A stretch of 64,000 bases of DNA from Candidatus Eiseniibacteriota bacterium. Lineage in GTDB: Bacteria > Eisenbacteria > RBG-16-71-46 > CAZAMP01. Of the stretch, positions 41,072 through 51,113 are shown piece by piece. The notes under the pieces are model-generated. The model did not search any database. It saw only the letters and a program-made list of their open reading frames with translations, and was not told the DNA's origin. The position numbers were made by a program, and so were the translations under genes. The stretch spans positions 1,984,001 through 2,048,000 of the forward strand of contig OZ245046.1 in NCBI GenBank assembly GCA_965224245.1, written 5' to 3'. How positions within the stretch are numbered: the first letter of the stretch is position 1; each line of letters opens with the position of its first letter.

Positions 41072-41521
41072 TCACGCCTCTCCCCCCGGCTCGCGGCGGC
41101 TGCCGGCGCGAGCGAACACGGCCAGAGCGGCCAGGTAGCTGTCCTCACCCAGTCCCGAGATCTGCCCGCGACACGCACCGGCGATCACCGAGCGTTGCCG
41201 GAACGGCTCGCGCGCGTGCAGGTTCGAGAGGTGAACCTCGATCGCCGGCGCCTCCGCCGCCTCGATCGCGTCGCGTAGAGCGACGCTCGAGTGCGTGTAT
41301 CCGCCGGGATTGATGACGATGCCATCCGCGTCGGTGCTCTGGATCCGGTCGACCAGAACGCCCTCGTGATTGGACTGCACGATCTCGAGATCGATCCCGA
41401 GCGCCCGTGCCTCGGCCCGGAGTGTCGCGTTCAGCTCGTCGAGGGTCGCGTGGCCGTACGTCGCCGGGTCGCGGACGCCGAGACGGTTCAGGTTCGGCCC
41501 GTGCAGGACGAGGACCTTCAT
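41072..41521 (-). CDS. aroQ: Type II 3-dehydroquinate dehydratase
   Basis: [35 protein letters not shown]. Confidence 0.96.
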   Translation of the reverse strand: MKVLVLHGPNLNRLGVRDPATYGHATLDELNATLRAEARALGIDLEIVQSNHEGVLVDRIQSTDADGIVINPGGYTHSSVALRDAIEAAEAPAIEVHLSNLHAREPFRQRSVIAGACRGQISGLGEDSYLAALAVFARAGSRREPGGEA

Positions 41522-42615
41522 CGATCTTCTTTCGCGAAGAACGCCGCAAGTGACTCAACGACAACACTTTGCGCGACACGGTGACCAAAGCTAGCAGAGC
41601 CGATCCGCTCCGTCAATACAAACCGCGGCTCCCCTCCGGCGCTCTTCTTGTCGCCCGCGAGCCGCGTCAGAATGGCCGGAGCGGGAGTGGACGGGTCGGC
41701 CGTCGGCAGACCGAGCGCCGCGAGACAGGACACGACCCGGCTCCGATCGGTCTCCGCGAGCCCCAGCACGCGGACCGACAGATCCAGCGAGACCGCCATG
41801 CCCACCGATATGGCCTCGCCGTGCGTCCAGCGTCCGAACGCGGTCGCCGACTCGAGGGCGTGACCCACCGTGTGGCCGAAGTTCAGGATTGCGCGGCGTC
41901 CGGATTCTCGCTCGTCGTCGGCGACCACGCCGGCCTTCACCGCGACCGCCCCTGCGATCGTGCCCGCGAGCACCTCCGAGCGGCAGTCCCGGACCCCGTC
42001 GGCATCGGCGGCGATGCGCTCGAAGAGCGCGCGATCGGCGATCACGGCCGACTTCACCGCCTCGGCGAGCCCGGACACGTGCTCGCGCGGAGGCAGGGTC
42101 ACCAGCACGTCGAGATCGCAGAGCACGCCGCGGGGCTGGTGGAACGACCCGATGAGGTTCTTTCCGCCGTCCAGGTTGACGCCGGTCTTGCCGCCGATCG
42201 CCGCATCGAGCATCGCGAGCACCGTCGTGGGTACGGCGATCCAGTCGATCCCGCGGTGGTAGACCGACGCGACGAAGCCGGTCACGTCGCACGTGACGCC
42301 TCCGCCCACGGCGGCCACCGCGTCCGACCGCTCGACGCGAGCCGCGACGAAGCGGCGGGCCAGCGAGTCCAGCGAGGCCAGCGACTTCGTCCCCTCGCCG
42401 GCGGGCAGCACCTCGACGACCGGGTCCGCCCCGTGTCGCGCGAACGCCGCCCGGAGTGCCGGCTCGTGCGCGGCCCAGACGTTCTGATCGACCACCACGA
42501 GACGGACGCGGTCGAGGAGGTCCCCATCCAGCGTGCCCAGGAGGTCCCCCAGGCCTCGCCCGACCCGCACGTCGTAGCCGCCGGACGCGAGTGCCACCGG
42601 GATGACGTCGATCAT
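41518..42615 (-). CDS. aroB: 3-dehydroquinate synthase
   Basis: [44 protein letters not shown]. Confidence 0.96.
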   Translation of the reverse strand: MIDVIPVALASGGYDVRVGRGLGDLLGTLDGDLLDRVRLVVVDQNVWAAHEPALRAAFARHGADPVVEVLPAGEGTKSLASLDSLARRFVAARVERSDAVAAVGGGVTCDVTGFVASVYHRGIDWIAVPTTVLAMLDAAIGGKTGVNLDGGKNLIGSFHQPRGVLCDLDVLVTLPPREHVSGLAEAVKSAVIADRALFERIAADADGVRDCRSEVLAGTIAGAVAVKAGVVADDERESGRRAILNFGHTVGHALESATAFGRWTHGEAISVGMAVSLDLSVRVLGLAETDRSRVVSCLAALGLPTADPSTPAPAILTRLAGDKKSAGGEPRFVLTERIGSASFGHRVAQSVVVESLAAFFAKEDR

Positions 42616-43661
42616 GGGGAGTCGGACTTCAGCGCGAACGTGGACGCCACCGCATCCAGCTGACGGAGGTAGGGGTTCTTGTCGAGCGACGGAAGAAAGA
42701 CGAGGTAGTCGACCACATACATCCGGTCGTGGCCGTCGTGGACCGCGTAGAGGCGGAACGGCCCCCCCACGACGAACGACGGTGTCTGCCACCGCCCGCG
42801 CAGCTCCAGCGCGGGCCGACCGGCGAACGTGGTGTCGGTCCATTCGAGCTCGACGATCTCCTCGTCTTCGTAGAGCCGCGGCTCGTCGCGCCGCAGGCGC
42901 TCGACCGCCTCGCGTCCGAACTCTTCCGGCGACAGCGTGACGTGCTGCACGAACAGCCACCGCTCGGGGGAGCTCGAGTGCGCCAGGACGAGGTTCCGCC
43001 CCGGATCCTGCTCGACCTCCCATCCGCGCGGCACACGGAGCGTCCACGCGCGCTGCGAGACGTAGTGCGCGAGGAGCGGATTGTCCCCGGTCAGGTACAT
43101 CGACTCGAGCAACCCTCGCCGGACGTGCACTTCGAGGCTGTCGACGAGCGCGTCGGCGTAGCGCTCGACGTTGCGCGCCAGCGCCTCACGGGTGGGCGCG
43201 AGGAGAATCATGAACGTCTGACCGAGCCCGTAGACGTCGTCGTAGATCGCGAAAGGCCGCGCGCCGCTCTCGAACTCCGCGAGCACCGCGTCTCCCGCCA
43301 CGCGACGGGCCAGGGCCACCGCGGCCGCGTCGGTCATGTCGGTGACGATCATGACGTTCTTGAAGTCGTTGCGATCCGAGAAGGCGGACGGAGGGACGAG
43401 CTCGACGTGGAAGGCCGACTCGGTGCGGGTCGTCATCACGTCGTGCTCGAAAGCCGCGACGAACGTCTCCATGACCGGATCGTCGCGCGTCAACGACGTG
43501 AAGACCGTGATGTCGGCGTTCGGCCCGACCGCCGGGATCAGCTGGTCGGGGTCGCACCCGGCGCCGGCGAGCGCCGCCGCCACGAGGAGCCCTCCGCACA
43601 TGCCGGTCGACGCGGCCGGGCGATGCGTCCGGCGCGCGAGCTGTCGACGGGTTGGTTCCAT
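42612..43661 (-). CDS. DUF4837-like lipoprotein
   Basis: Lipobox-like ALAGAGC; E..F; DVY...Q; RGRW.....GGPF; K..YLRQL..VA.TF. Confidence 0.65.
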   Translation of the reverse strand: MEPTRRQLARRTHRPAASTGMCGGLLVAAALAGAGCDPDQLIPAVGPNADITVFTSLTRDDPVMETFVAAFEHDVMTTRTESAFHVELVPPSAFSDRNDFKNVMIVTDMTDAAAVALARRVAGDAVLAEFESGARPFAIYDDVYGLGQTFMILLAPTREALARNVERYADALVDSLEVHVRRGLLESMYLTGDNPLLAHYVSQRAWTLRVPRGWEVEQDPGRNLVLAHSSSPERWLFVQHVTLSPEEFGREAVERLRRDEPRLYEDEEIVELEWTDTTFAGRPALELRGRWQTPSFVVGGPFRLYAVHDGHDRMYVVDYLVFLPSLDKNPYLRQLDAVASTFALKSDSP

Positions 43662-43745
43662 CCATGCCTCCCGGTGGCGACGCTATCACCGGGTTTCTCG
43701 GAGGGTCAAGCCGCGCGGGAAGGGGAACGCACGGGGTGATCGGTG

Positions 43746-45017
43746 TCAGTTGCCCGCGGTGTCGGGCATCAGCGAGCCCACGCGCTCCAGCTCGGCGTCC
43801 AGCACCGAGAGCTCGCGCGCCAGGCGCGCCCGCGCGCTGGCCAGGCTCGATTCGCGACCCGCCAAGAGACGCGCCCACACCACGCGCATGCGATAGTCGG
43901 CCGTGTAGTCGCCGAGGACCACCGGCGTGGTTCGCCGCGCCCCGCTGGTGGACGCCACCTCGACCCGAGCCGTCGTACCCGGCCCCCGCGAGGACAGGAT
44001 CGACCCCAGCAGATCGGGCGTGGGAACGGGCACGTCGTCCACCGCCACGATCAGATCGCCCCGGCGGAGCCCGGCCCGCGAGGCCGGGCTGTCGTTCACG
44101 ATGGCCTCGATGAACACTCCCGCCACGTCGCCGTTGCCGGACGCGCGGTCACTGACGCGGATGCCGAGGTAGCTCTTGGGCCCGCGCTTGCCGTCCATCG
44201 TCTCACGTGCGAGCCGGTCGACGTCGTCGGCCGGCAGCGCGAAGCTGATCCCATGCGGGGGATGTGCGGTCATGATGGCCTGCGTGATCGTGGCCTCTTC
44301 GCCGAACGCGGAGAGCACCACCGGGTCGAGGAAGCCGTCGGATCCGAGGCCGCCCAGGATCACCCCCACGAGCCGCCCCTCGGCGTCGACGACCGCCGCG
44401 CCCGAGTTTCCGGGGAACACGTTGGCCTCGAGCTGGAGCAGCTCGACGGTGTCGGTCGGCGAGTCGGTCAGGTTGATGATCGAGCGGCTCGAGAACCGCC
44501 CGGTGACCAGCGACGGCTCGGGCGAGCTGAGCGTGAACCCGACCAGGAAGACCCATGAGTCGGCGTGGAGCTGATCGGGCAGGCCCAGCTCCAGAGGCGT
44601 GCCACCGGGCATGTCCGGCCGGATCAGGACGAGCTCGCGGATGGGGTCGCAAGAGACGACCTCGGCCGGGCTGCGGCGATCGTCGGAGTAGCGGACCTCG
44701 ATCTCGTCACCCGGGCCCGCGACGCTCAGCGTGGTCGCGATCAGGCCACCCGAGAGAATGACGCCGGAGCCCGCGCACTTCCCCACGGGCCGATCGTACC
44801 CGGGAACCGCCCGGACCGAGTGCACCGCGACGACGCCGGGCTTCACGCGCATGTCGACGCTGCTCAGCTCGTCTTCGAGGGCCGTCGCACGCGCACCGGG
44901 CCCGAGAACCAGGGTCGCCGACGCGAGCGCGCACGCCGTCAGCACCGTACGCGCGCCGGTCGCGACCGCGGCGCGGCCTGCGGAAGCAGCCGCGGCGCGC
45001 CGTCGCCGGAACGTCAT
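43746..45017 (-). CDS. HtrA/DegP-like trypsin-fold + PDZ protein with degenerate catalytic triad
   Basis: GSGVI, PGNSG, ISFALP, YLGI, SPA.RAGL..GD.I.AVD (PDZ); His site reads TTLSV. Confidence 0.85.
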   Translation of the reverse strand: MTFRRRRAAAASAGRAAVATGARTVLTACALASATLVLGPGARATALEDELSSVDMRVKPGVVAVHSVRAVPGYDRPVGKCAGSGVILSGGLIATTLSVAGPGDEIEVRYSDDRRSPAEVVSCDPIRELVLIRPDMPGGTPLELGLPDQLHADSWVFLVGFTLSSPEPSLVTGRFSSRSIINLTDSPTDTVELLQLEANVFPGNSGAAVVDAEGRLVGVILGGLGSDGFLDPVVLSAFGEEATITQAIMTAHPPHGISFALPADDVDRLARETMDGKRGPKSYLGIRVSDRASGNGDVAGVFIEAIVNDSPASRAGLRRGDLIVAVDDVPVPTPDLLGSILSSRGPGTTARVEVASTSGARRTTPVVLGDYTADYRMRVVWARLLAGRESSLASARARLARELSVLDAELERVGSLMPDTAGN

Positions 45018-45054
45018 CGGATCGTCTGCCTTTCGCCTCTCTCGTCGCCGCCCG

Positions 45055-45609
45055 TCAAAACACGATCGTCGGCTTCCGCGTCCCACTGTTCACCTGATGG
45101 ATCGGGAGCCGCTGGAACTCGAAGCTCGGCCGCGCGACGTCCATCGAGTCGGAGACCATGCCGGTCGCCGATGCGGCGAGAACGGGCTCACCCGATGTGT
45201 CCGAGCCGGTCGTGAGCGCGGGCGAGCTCGCGGTCGCCGCCGAGGGCGCCGCCGGCGCCTTCAAGACGTTGATGAAGATCGTCCCGGCCAGGAAGCCCAG
45301 GCAGAGCGTGGCGGCCAGCGCCATCGCCTGCGGCCACGCGACGCGCGGCACGAGCGTCAGGCGCCTCGGCGCGGGGCGGTCGTTCGCGCGGGCCAGCCGC
45401 ACCTGGGCCATGACCCGATCGGTGAACTCGGCGGAGACGTCTTCGCGTGGCAGCGATCGAACGAGATCCACCGTGGCCTCGAAGGCACGATACGCCTCGA
45501 GATCCTCGGGATGCGCGGAGAAGTGCGCGCGAAGCGCATCTTCTTCCTCGGCACTCAGCTCCCCCTCGAGGTACGCGGAGAAGAGCTTCTCTGCGTCCTT
45601 AGATTTCAT
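45055..45609 (-). CDS. Transmembrane anti-sigma factor (zf-HC2-like, Cys-less N-domain)
   Basis: LFSAYLEGELS.EE...LRAH; single TM helix; directly downstream of the ECF sigma. Confidence 0.8.
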   Translation of the reverse strand: MKSKDAEKLFSAYLEGELSAEEEDALRAHFSAHPEDLEAYRAFEATVDLVRSLPREDVSAEFTDRVMAQVRLARANDRPAPRRLTLVPRVAWPQAMALAATLCLGFLAGTIFINVLKAPAAPSAATASSPALTTGSDTSGEPVLAASATGMVSDSMDVARPSFEFQRLPIHQVNSGTRKPTIVF

Positions 45610-46267
45610 ATCCGCTCCTGTTGATCAAGGGTGCCATCTTGTCTCTGAGGGCCAGTCGCGCGCGGTTGATGCGGCTTCGGACGGTGCCCCCCGGTATTCC
45701 CAGTATCTCGCCGATCTCGATGTACGAGAGATCCTGCAGGTCGCGCAGGATCAGGACCTCCCGGTACTTCGCCGGGAGCTTCTCGATCGCATCGCGGACG
45801 TTCTGCGAGACGTTCTTCGACTGTGTCTGCGCGTCGGCGATCGGTCCGACGTCCTTCAGCTGCAGCGTGCCCGCCTCGTTGGTCTCGGTCACGGTGTCGA
45901 CCGGGATGACCTTGTTCAGGCGCACCTTCCGTCGAATCTCGTTCTTGGCGAGGTTCACACCGATCGTGTAGATCCACGTGGAGAACTTCCCGCTGCGGCG
46001 GTACCGCCGCCGGTGAATGAACACGCGCATGAAGACCTCCTGCGTGAGGTCCTCGGCGCGATCCCGGTCCCCGATGTAGCGCGTGATGATGTTGAGAATG
46101 CGGGACTTGTAACGCTCGACGAGGACCTTGAACGCCAGCTCGGTGTCCTCGACGCACATCTCCATCAGATCCTCGTCACTCTGTAACTTGAGGTGGCTGA
46201 TGGTCTTGTCCCGACTCCCAGTCGCTTTCGAGTGACCGGTTTCGTGTCGGTCCGGGGTCATGGCCAT
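45599..46267 (-). CDS. ECF RNA polymerase sigma factor (RpoE/SigW-like)
   Basis: AEDLTQEVF, FSTWIY.I..N, LP.KYRE..ILR..Q.LSY.EI..ILG.P.GTVRSRI.RAR. Confidence 0.95.
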   Translation of the reverse strand: MAMTPDRHETGHSKATGSRDKTISHLKLQSDEDLMEMCVEDTELAFKVLVERYKSRILNIITRYIGDRDRAEDLTQEVFMRVFIHRRRYRRSGKFSTWIYTIGVNLAKNEIRRKVRLNKVIPVDTVTETNEAGTLQLKDVGPIADAQTQSKNVSQNVRDAIEKLPAKYREVLILRDLQDLSYIEIGEILGIPGGTVRSRINRARLALRDKMAPLINRSGYEI

Positions 46268-46298
46268 GGTCTCCTTGCCCTCGGGTAACCCCGCTCGC

Positions 46299-48002
46299 CT
46301 AGTCCGGTTCCGACCGATCGCGGGCCTGGCGGAGCTTCTCCTCGATGGCGTCCGGCTCGGCTCCGGCCGACAGGGCGGCCTCGTACTGGCGGATCGCGTC
46401 GCGCGCGTCGCCCATGGCCAGGAGACAGTCTCCGAGATGCTCGCGGATGACGGGGTCCTCGGACAGCGAGGCGGCCCGGACGAGCTGCTCGCGGCCCTCG
46501 TCCAGCCGTCCCAGTCGGAAGAGCACCCAGCCCAGACTGTCCAGGAAGGCCGGGTTGTCCGGCTGGAGCTCGACCGCGCGCTCGATCAGGGAGAGGGCCT
46601 CCTCCAGGTTCTCGCCCCGGTCGGCGTACATGTATCCCAGGTAGTTGAGCGCCTCCCCGAACCGCGGCCGCTCGGCGATCACGGCCTCGAAGACCTCGAC
46701 GGCGTCCTCGAAGCGCCCCATCCGCTCGAGCGCGACCCCGCGCTGGAAGGCCACCGACGTGTCCGTCGGCGACTGCTCGGACAGGAGGTCGAGGTGAGCC
46801 AGGGACTCCTCGTACCGCTGGCGGCCGTTCAGGAGCAGGGCCAGCGCGAAGCGGGCGTCGCGGGCGTCGGGATCCTGCGTGAGCGCCTCCACGAGCTGGG
46901 ACTCCGCGTCGTCCCACTGCCCGTCGAGCATGTGGGCGCGGGCCAGCATGACTCGCGCCCGGACGTTTCGAGCCTCGAGCTCGAGCGCACGCCGGGCCGA
47001 GCCCGCGGCGGCGTCGGCATCGCCCAGGCGGAGCTGGATCTCGGCGCGCATGGTGTACAGCTCGGTGGTCATCGCCTCGAGGTCGCCCAGACGGTCCAGG
47101 GCCGCCAGCGACTCCTCGAACTCGCCGGCGCCGTACGCGATGGCCGCCAGGCGGCGCGTCACGTCGGGGTCGTCGGGGATCATGTAGCGCAACGTGCGGG
47201 CTTCCCGGAGCGCCTCGTCCGACCGGCCCGACACGAAGAGGGCATCGATGAGCTGCTTGCGCGTGGCGAAGTCGTTCGGGCTTCTCTCGATCGCCGCGCG
47301 ATAGGACTCGATCGCCTCGTCGAGTCGCCCGGCCATGTCGTACGCGGCCCCGAGTCGGGTCATGACGCCGGGGAACCCGGGATCGGCCTCGGCCGCGGCC
47401 TCGAGGTTCGCGATGGCGGCCTCCGCATCGCCACGCGCGATGTAGTACCCGCCCAGCTTCGTCAGTACCGACAGCTCGTACGGATTGGTGAGCTTGATCT
47501 CCTCCAGGACGTCGATCGCGTTCTCGACCATGCCCTCGGCCTCGAGCACCGATGCCAGCGTCTCGGCGTAGCGGACGTTCGACCGGTCGTGCTCCAGCGC
47601 GGCCGACATCCAGGCGATCGCCTCGTCGGACTCACCGAGGCGGTAGAGCGCGCTGCCTCCTAGGAAGTGCGCCTCGGCGTTCTCGGGATCCAGCTCCACC
47701 GCCCGCGACGCGTACAGCCGCGCCTTCTTGTAGTCGGGCACGTAGAACGACATGCGCGCCAGACGCAGAAACAGCGTCGGCGAGTCGTCCAGCACCTTCG
47801 CGGCCGCCTCGTAGGCCTTGAGCGCGCCCTTGACGTCGCCGAGGTCCTCGAGGATCTGGCCCTCCGCGAACGCGTCCAGCGCCGCCGACTCCGCCTCGGG
47901 CGGAGCGTCCGAGGCGCGCGCATCCATCGACCCGGCCCACGCCGCGGCGGCCAGAACCACCAGCCAGAACCGGAACTTCGACCCGAACGAACTGGTTGAC
48001 AT
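46299..48002 (-). CDS. Exported tetratricopeptide-repeat protein
   Basis: Signal peptide, many TPR repeats, ALNYLGYMYAD...LDSLGWV. Confidence 0.88.
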   Translation of the reverse strand: MSTSSFGSKFRFWLVVLAAAAWAGSMDARASDAPPEAESAALDAFAEGQILEDLGDVKGALKAYEAAAKVLDDSPTLFLRLARMSFYVPDYKKARLYASRAVELDPENAEAHFLGGSALYRLGESDEAIAWMSAALEHDRSNVRYAETLASVLEAEGMVENAIDVLEEIKLTNPYELSVLTKLGGYYIARGDAEAAIANLEAAAEADPGFPGVMTRLGAAYDMAGRLDEAIESYRAAIERSPNDFATRKQLIDALFVSGRSDEALREARTLRYMIPDDPDVTRRLAAIAYGAGEFEESLAALDRLGDLEAMTTELYTMRAEIQLRLGDADAAAGSARRALELEARNVRARVMLARAHMLDGQWDDAESQLVEALTQDPDARDARFALALLLNGRQRYEESLAHLDLLSEQSPTDTSVAFQRGVALERMGRFEDAVEVFEAVIAERPRFGEALNYLGYMYADRGENLEEALSLIERAVELQPDNPAFLDSLGWVLFRLGRLDEGREQLVRAASLSEDPVIREHLGDCLLAMGDARDAIRQYEAALSAGAEPDAIEEKLRQARDRSEPD

Positions 48003-48105
48003 TTCAGTGGTCTCGGTCAGGGTGACGTCGTCACGACGAGGCGAAACGGCGCCCGCGCCGTGGCGCGTGAACGACGTTCGGCCCGTCGCCGGCGACGATG
48101 TCGCA

Positions 48106-48135
48106 TTGACGGCTTCGATCCGCGACGAATATACT
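48106..48135 (+). promoter_or_regulatory. Candidate sigma70 promoter for the lipoprotein-OMP operon
   Basis: TTGACG-N18-TATACT; GGAGGAGG at about 48166-48173 before ATG 48183. Confidence 0.6.
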
Positions 48136-48182
48136 CCGCGAAGTTGCTATGGGCCAACGGTTTCTGGAGGAGGCGATTGGAC

Positions 48183-48713
48183 ATGACGTTCTCATCGACC
48201 CCGCGCGCCGACACCACGAGAACCACCCCGGTCCGACCGGCACGCCGCCGAACGCTCGGCGCGCTGTCGCTCTGGACCCTGGTCATCCTCGCCGCGACCG
48301 GCTGCTACACACAGTTCCAGCACCCGAGCGACCCCTATCGCCGGGAGTACCCCGCGAACCCCAGCTCCGAGGTCGTCTACGGCTGGTACTACCCGAGCTA
48401 CGGCGCCTACTGTGACTACTACGTCGTGCCCTGGTGGCACGATCACCACTACTCCCACGGCTCGTACTACCCGCCGGTGGACACGGATTCTCCGAGCCTG
48501 CCTCGCGGAACCGCCTTCGGGCGTGGCGGTGGACGCGACGGGGTCGACGATCGCACGTCGGCGCCGCCGCCCGCCTCGGTCAGCGTCGATCCGCCCCCGG
48601 TCCGACCGTCCGATCCGCCTGCGAATCCACCCAACTCGAACGGCGCGAACACCGAGTCGTCCGAGACGACCTCCGAAACGTCAGGGTCCAGCGGCCGCGG
48701 GGGGCGCAAATGA
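48183..48713 (+). CDS. Hypothetical lipoprotein, Tyr/Trp-rich then Pro/Ser-rich
   Basis: Lipobox AATGC followed by YTQF.HP; ATGA overlap with the next gene. Confidence 0.7.
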   Translation: MTFSSTPRADTTRTTPVRPARRRTLGALSLWTLVILAATGCYTQFQHPSDPYRREYPANPSSEVVYGWYYPSYGAYCDYYVVPWWHDHHYSHGSYYPPVDTDSPSLPRGTAFGRGGGRDGVDDRTSAPPPASVSVDPPPVRPSDPPANPPNSNGANTESSETTSETSGSSGRGGRK

Positions 48714-49963
48714 GACCGTGCACGGTCCCCGGCGCGATCTCGGTGGCCGGCCTCGTCGCGTTCACCTCGCTGCTGGGGACGGTTGCCCGCGCGGACTACG
48801 TGCCCGAGATTCCCGGCCTCGGCGAGGTCCCGGTGGATGCCCGCACCGCCGCCCTCGGAGGAGCGGGGGTCGCCGTGTCCGAGGAGAGCGGCGCCATTCT
48901 CGCCAACCCGGCCGCGATCGCGCTGGTGCGGCGTACCGAGACCAGCGCCACGCTCTCGTACCAGCGGCGCGAGCTGACGAGCGACTACTTCGACGACGCC
49001 CGCATCGGGAAACGAAACTCCGGCCAGCTCTCGGCGGCCGGGTTCGTCTACCCGACGCCCGTGTACCGGGGCGCGTTCGCGTTCGGCGTCGCGTACAACC
49101 GCCACGCGGTGTTCGATCGTGACCTGCTCCGGGGAGGGACCCAGTCCGGCGGCGGCGTCGAGGACGAGCTGCTCGAGGAGTCGGGCAGCATGGATTTCTG
49201 GACGGTCGGGGCCGGGGTCCAGATCTCGCCCAGCGGCTTCGTGGGAGCCAGCGCCACGCTCGTGGCCGGCGAGCTTGCTCGCCGGAGCGAGCTCGCGTAC
49301 TCGGCGACCGGCGTCGCGTACGACTACGCGGGAACCGTCCGGACCGATCTCTCCGGCATCCGCGCCTCGCTCGGCGGCCTGTTCTTTCTGAGTCCTCGCA
49401 TGCGTCTGGGAATCCGCCTGGACCTGCCGCACACCGTCACGTACGACGGAACCGAGCGCAGCGACGCCGGTGACGATTTCGTGGTCGAGGACGAGGTCTC
49501 CTACCCGTTCTCGACGACCGCGGGCGTTGCGACCCGCACGGGGCAGCTGGTCATCACCGGGGAGGCCAGCTTCACCCCCTACTCCCTGCTCGAGCTAAAC
49601 GCCGAGCGCCTTCGGACCGAAGAACGGATCGAAGGCTACCGGGACGTGGTGGTGCTCCGGCTCGGAGCCGAGTACACGTTTCCGGTTTCGATGCGCGTCC
49701 GTGGAGGGTATCGTTTCGAGCCCGATCCCTACCGGCTGCTCGTGGCCGAGGTTCGGAACGACGCACCCGTCGAGGCCGTCATGGAAGAGGCCGAGTTCGA
49801 TGGTGAACGACACGTCGTCACCGGCGGCGTTGGCTTCCTTCTCGAGGACGCGCTCAATCTCGACCTGGCTGCCGAGTGGGCGACCACGACGAAACGAGGG
49901 ACCAACGTTGCTCAAACAGACGATCTCGTACGGTTCTTCGTCACGACATCGTACCGCTTCTGA
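48710..49963 (+). CDS. OmpP1/FadL/PorV-like outer-membrane beta-barrel
   Basis: Signal peptide; ARTAALGGAGVA......ANPAAIA hatch motif; alternating strands; C-terminal YRF. Confidence 0.75.
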   Translation: MRPCTVPGAISVAGLVAFTSLLGTVARADYVPEIPGLGEVPVDARTAALGGAGVAVSEESGAILANPAAIALVRRTETSATLSYQRRELTSDYFDDARIGKRNSGQLSAAGFVYPTPVYRGAFAFGVAYNRHAVFDRDLLRGGTQSGGGVEDELLEESGSMDFWTVGAGVQISPSGFVGASATLVAGELARRSELAYSATGVAYDYAGTVRTDLSGIRASLGGLFFLSPRMRLGIRLDLPHTVTYDGTERSDAGDDFVVEDEVSYPFSTTAGVATRTGQLVITGEASFTPYSLLELNAERLRTEERIEGYRDVVVLRLGAEYTFPVSMRVRGGYRFEPDPYRLLVAEVRNDAPVEAVMEEAEFDGERHVVTGGVGFLLEDALNLDLAAEWATTTKRGTNVAQTDDLVRFFVTTSYRF

Positions 49964-50033
49964 CCCGGCCTCCCCCTCGACCACCGTCCCCTCCTCGCCC
50001 AGAGCCCCGTTCTCGATCGCGACCGGCGCGGCG

Positions 50034-51086
50034 GTGGACGTGAGGGCCTGGTGGGCCGCCTGCGAGGGCGATCCCGCGGCCACGTTCTTCGGCACGCCGG
50101 ACTGGTGCCAGATCCTCGTCGAGGCGTTTCCGGCGTTCCGGCCCCAGCCGCATCTCTTCACGTTCGGCGACGGACGCCGGGTGGTGGTGCCCGCGATCGA
50201 GGTGAAGCGCGCGCTCGGGCGGCTCTCCGCCTTGCACTCGATGCCGTTCGGCACCTACGGCGGCCCGATCGGTCTTCCCTCCGAGGATCCGGCCGAGGTG
50301 TCGGCCATCCTCGAGCACGTGCACGTCGGGGGGTGGCCGCGCTTCCAGACCACCATGTTCCCCAATCCGCTGGGCCCCGATCGTCTCGGACAGGTGTCCA
50401 ACGGCGAGGACTTCGTCTACGCCCCCGACCTCACCGGTGGCTTCGAGGCCTGGTGGCAAGGGCTGGCGCCGCGGACCCGGTATCACGTCCGCAAGGCCGA
50501 GACCCGGGGCATCGTGGTCGAGAGCGTCATGGACGCCGAGGACTTCGAGGCGTTCTACCGGCTCTACCGGGCGTCCTCGCGGGCATGGTCATCGGCCCCC
50601 CACTATGGACGGCACTTCTTCCGCGCGGTCTGGAACGCCAACTCGCCGCGCATCCAGCTCTGGACGGCCCGGCTGGGCCCGCGCGTGGTCGCCGGCGTGC
50701 TGGTCTTCCGGTTCGGCCGTCACGTCACCCCGTTCCTGAGCGCGGTGGCACCCGACGCCCGGGTGCTGGCGCCGACCAATCTCATCTACACCCGTTTGAT
50801 CGCCGACGCCGCGGCCACGCGCGGGCGGCAGATCAGCTTCCTGGGCAGCGGGGGACGTCCCGGGGTCGAGCGCTTCAAACGCTCCATGGGCGGCGTGCGC
50901 CACGACTTCCGCTTCGTCAACCTGACCGGGCCCGCCTACGCGCTCGTCCGCAATCGCGTGGTCGCGTCGGTGCGGCGCTCCGTGGGGCGCTCGGTGCGCC
51001 GCTCCGTGCGGGGCATCGGCGCCCGGCTGACGCGGCGTGACGCCGACGCGGCCGACGTGGCGAACACCGACGGCGCGCTCGTGTGA
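50034..51086 (+). CDS. FemAB-like GNAT family protein (start uncertain)
   Basis: ATFF..PDW, SMPFG.YGGP, R..VRKA...G, F..FY..Y, FLGS....GV.RFK..MG. Confidence 0.75.
   Translation: MDVRAWWAACEGDPAATFFGTPDWCQILVEAFPAFRPQPHLFTFGDGRRVVVPAIEVKRALGRLSALHSMPFGTYGGPIGLPSEDPAEVSAILEHVHVGGWPRFQTTMFPNPLGPDRLGQVSNGEDFVYAPDLTGGFEAWWQGLAPRTRYHVRKAETRGIVVESVMDAEDFEAFYRLYRASSRAWSSAPHYGRHFFRAVWNANSPRIQLWTARLGPRVVAGVLVFRFGRHVTPFLSAVAPDARVLAPTNLIYTRLIADAAATRGRQISFLGSGGRPGVERFKRSMGGVRHDFRFVNLTGPAYALVRNRVVASVRRSVGRSVRRSVRGIGARLTRRDADAADVANTDGALV
50967..51014 (+). repeat. 4 x 12-bp imperfect tandem repeat encoding SVRR/SVGR/SVRR/SVRG
   Basis: tcggtgcggcgc tccgtggggcgc tcggtgcgccgc tccgtgcggggc. Confidence 0.7.
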
Positions 51087-51090
51087 GCGG

Positions 51091-51113
51091 CGTCTCACGC
51101 GCCGCGTGAGACG
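51091..51113. terminator. Hairpin just after the GNAT stop codon
   Basis: CGTCTCACGC-GCC-GCGTGAGACG, perfect 10-bp stem; no U-tract. Confidence 0.4.
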
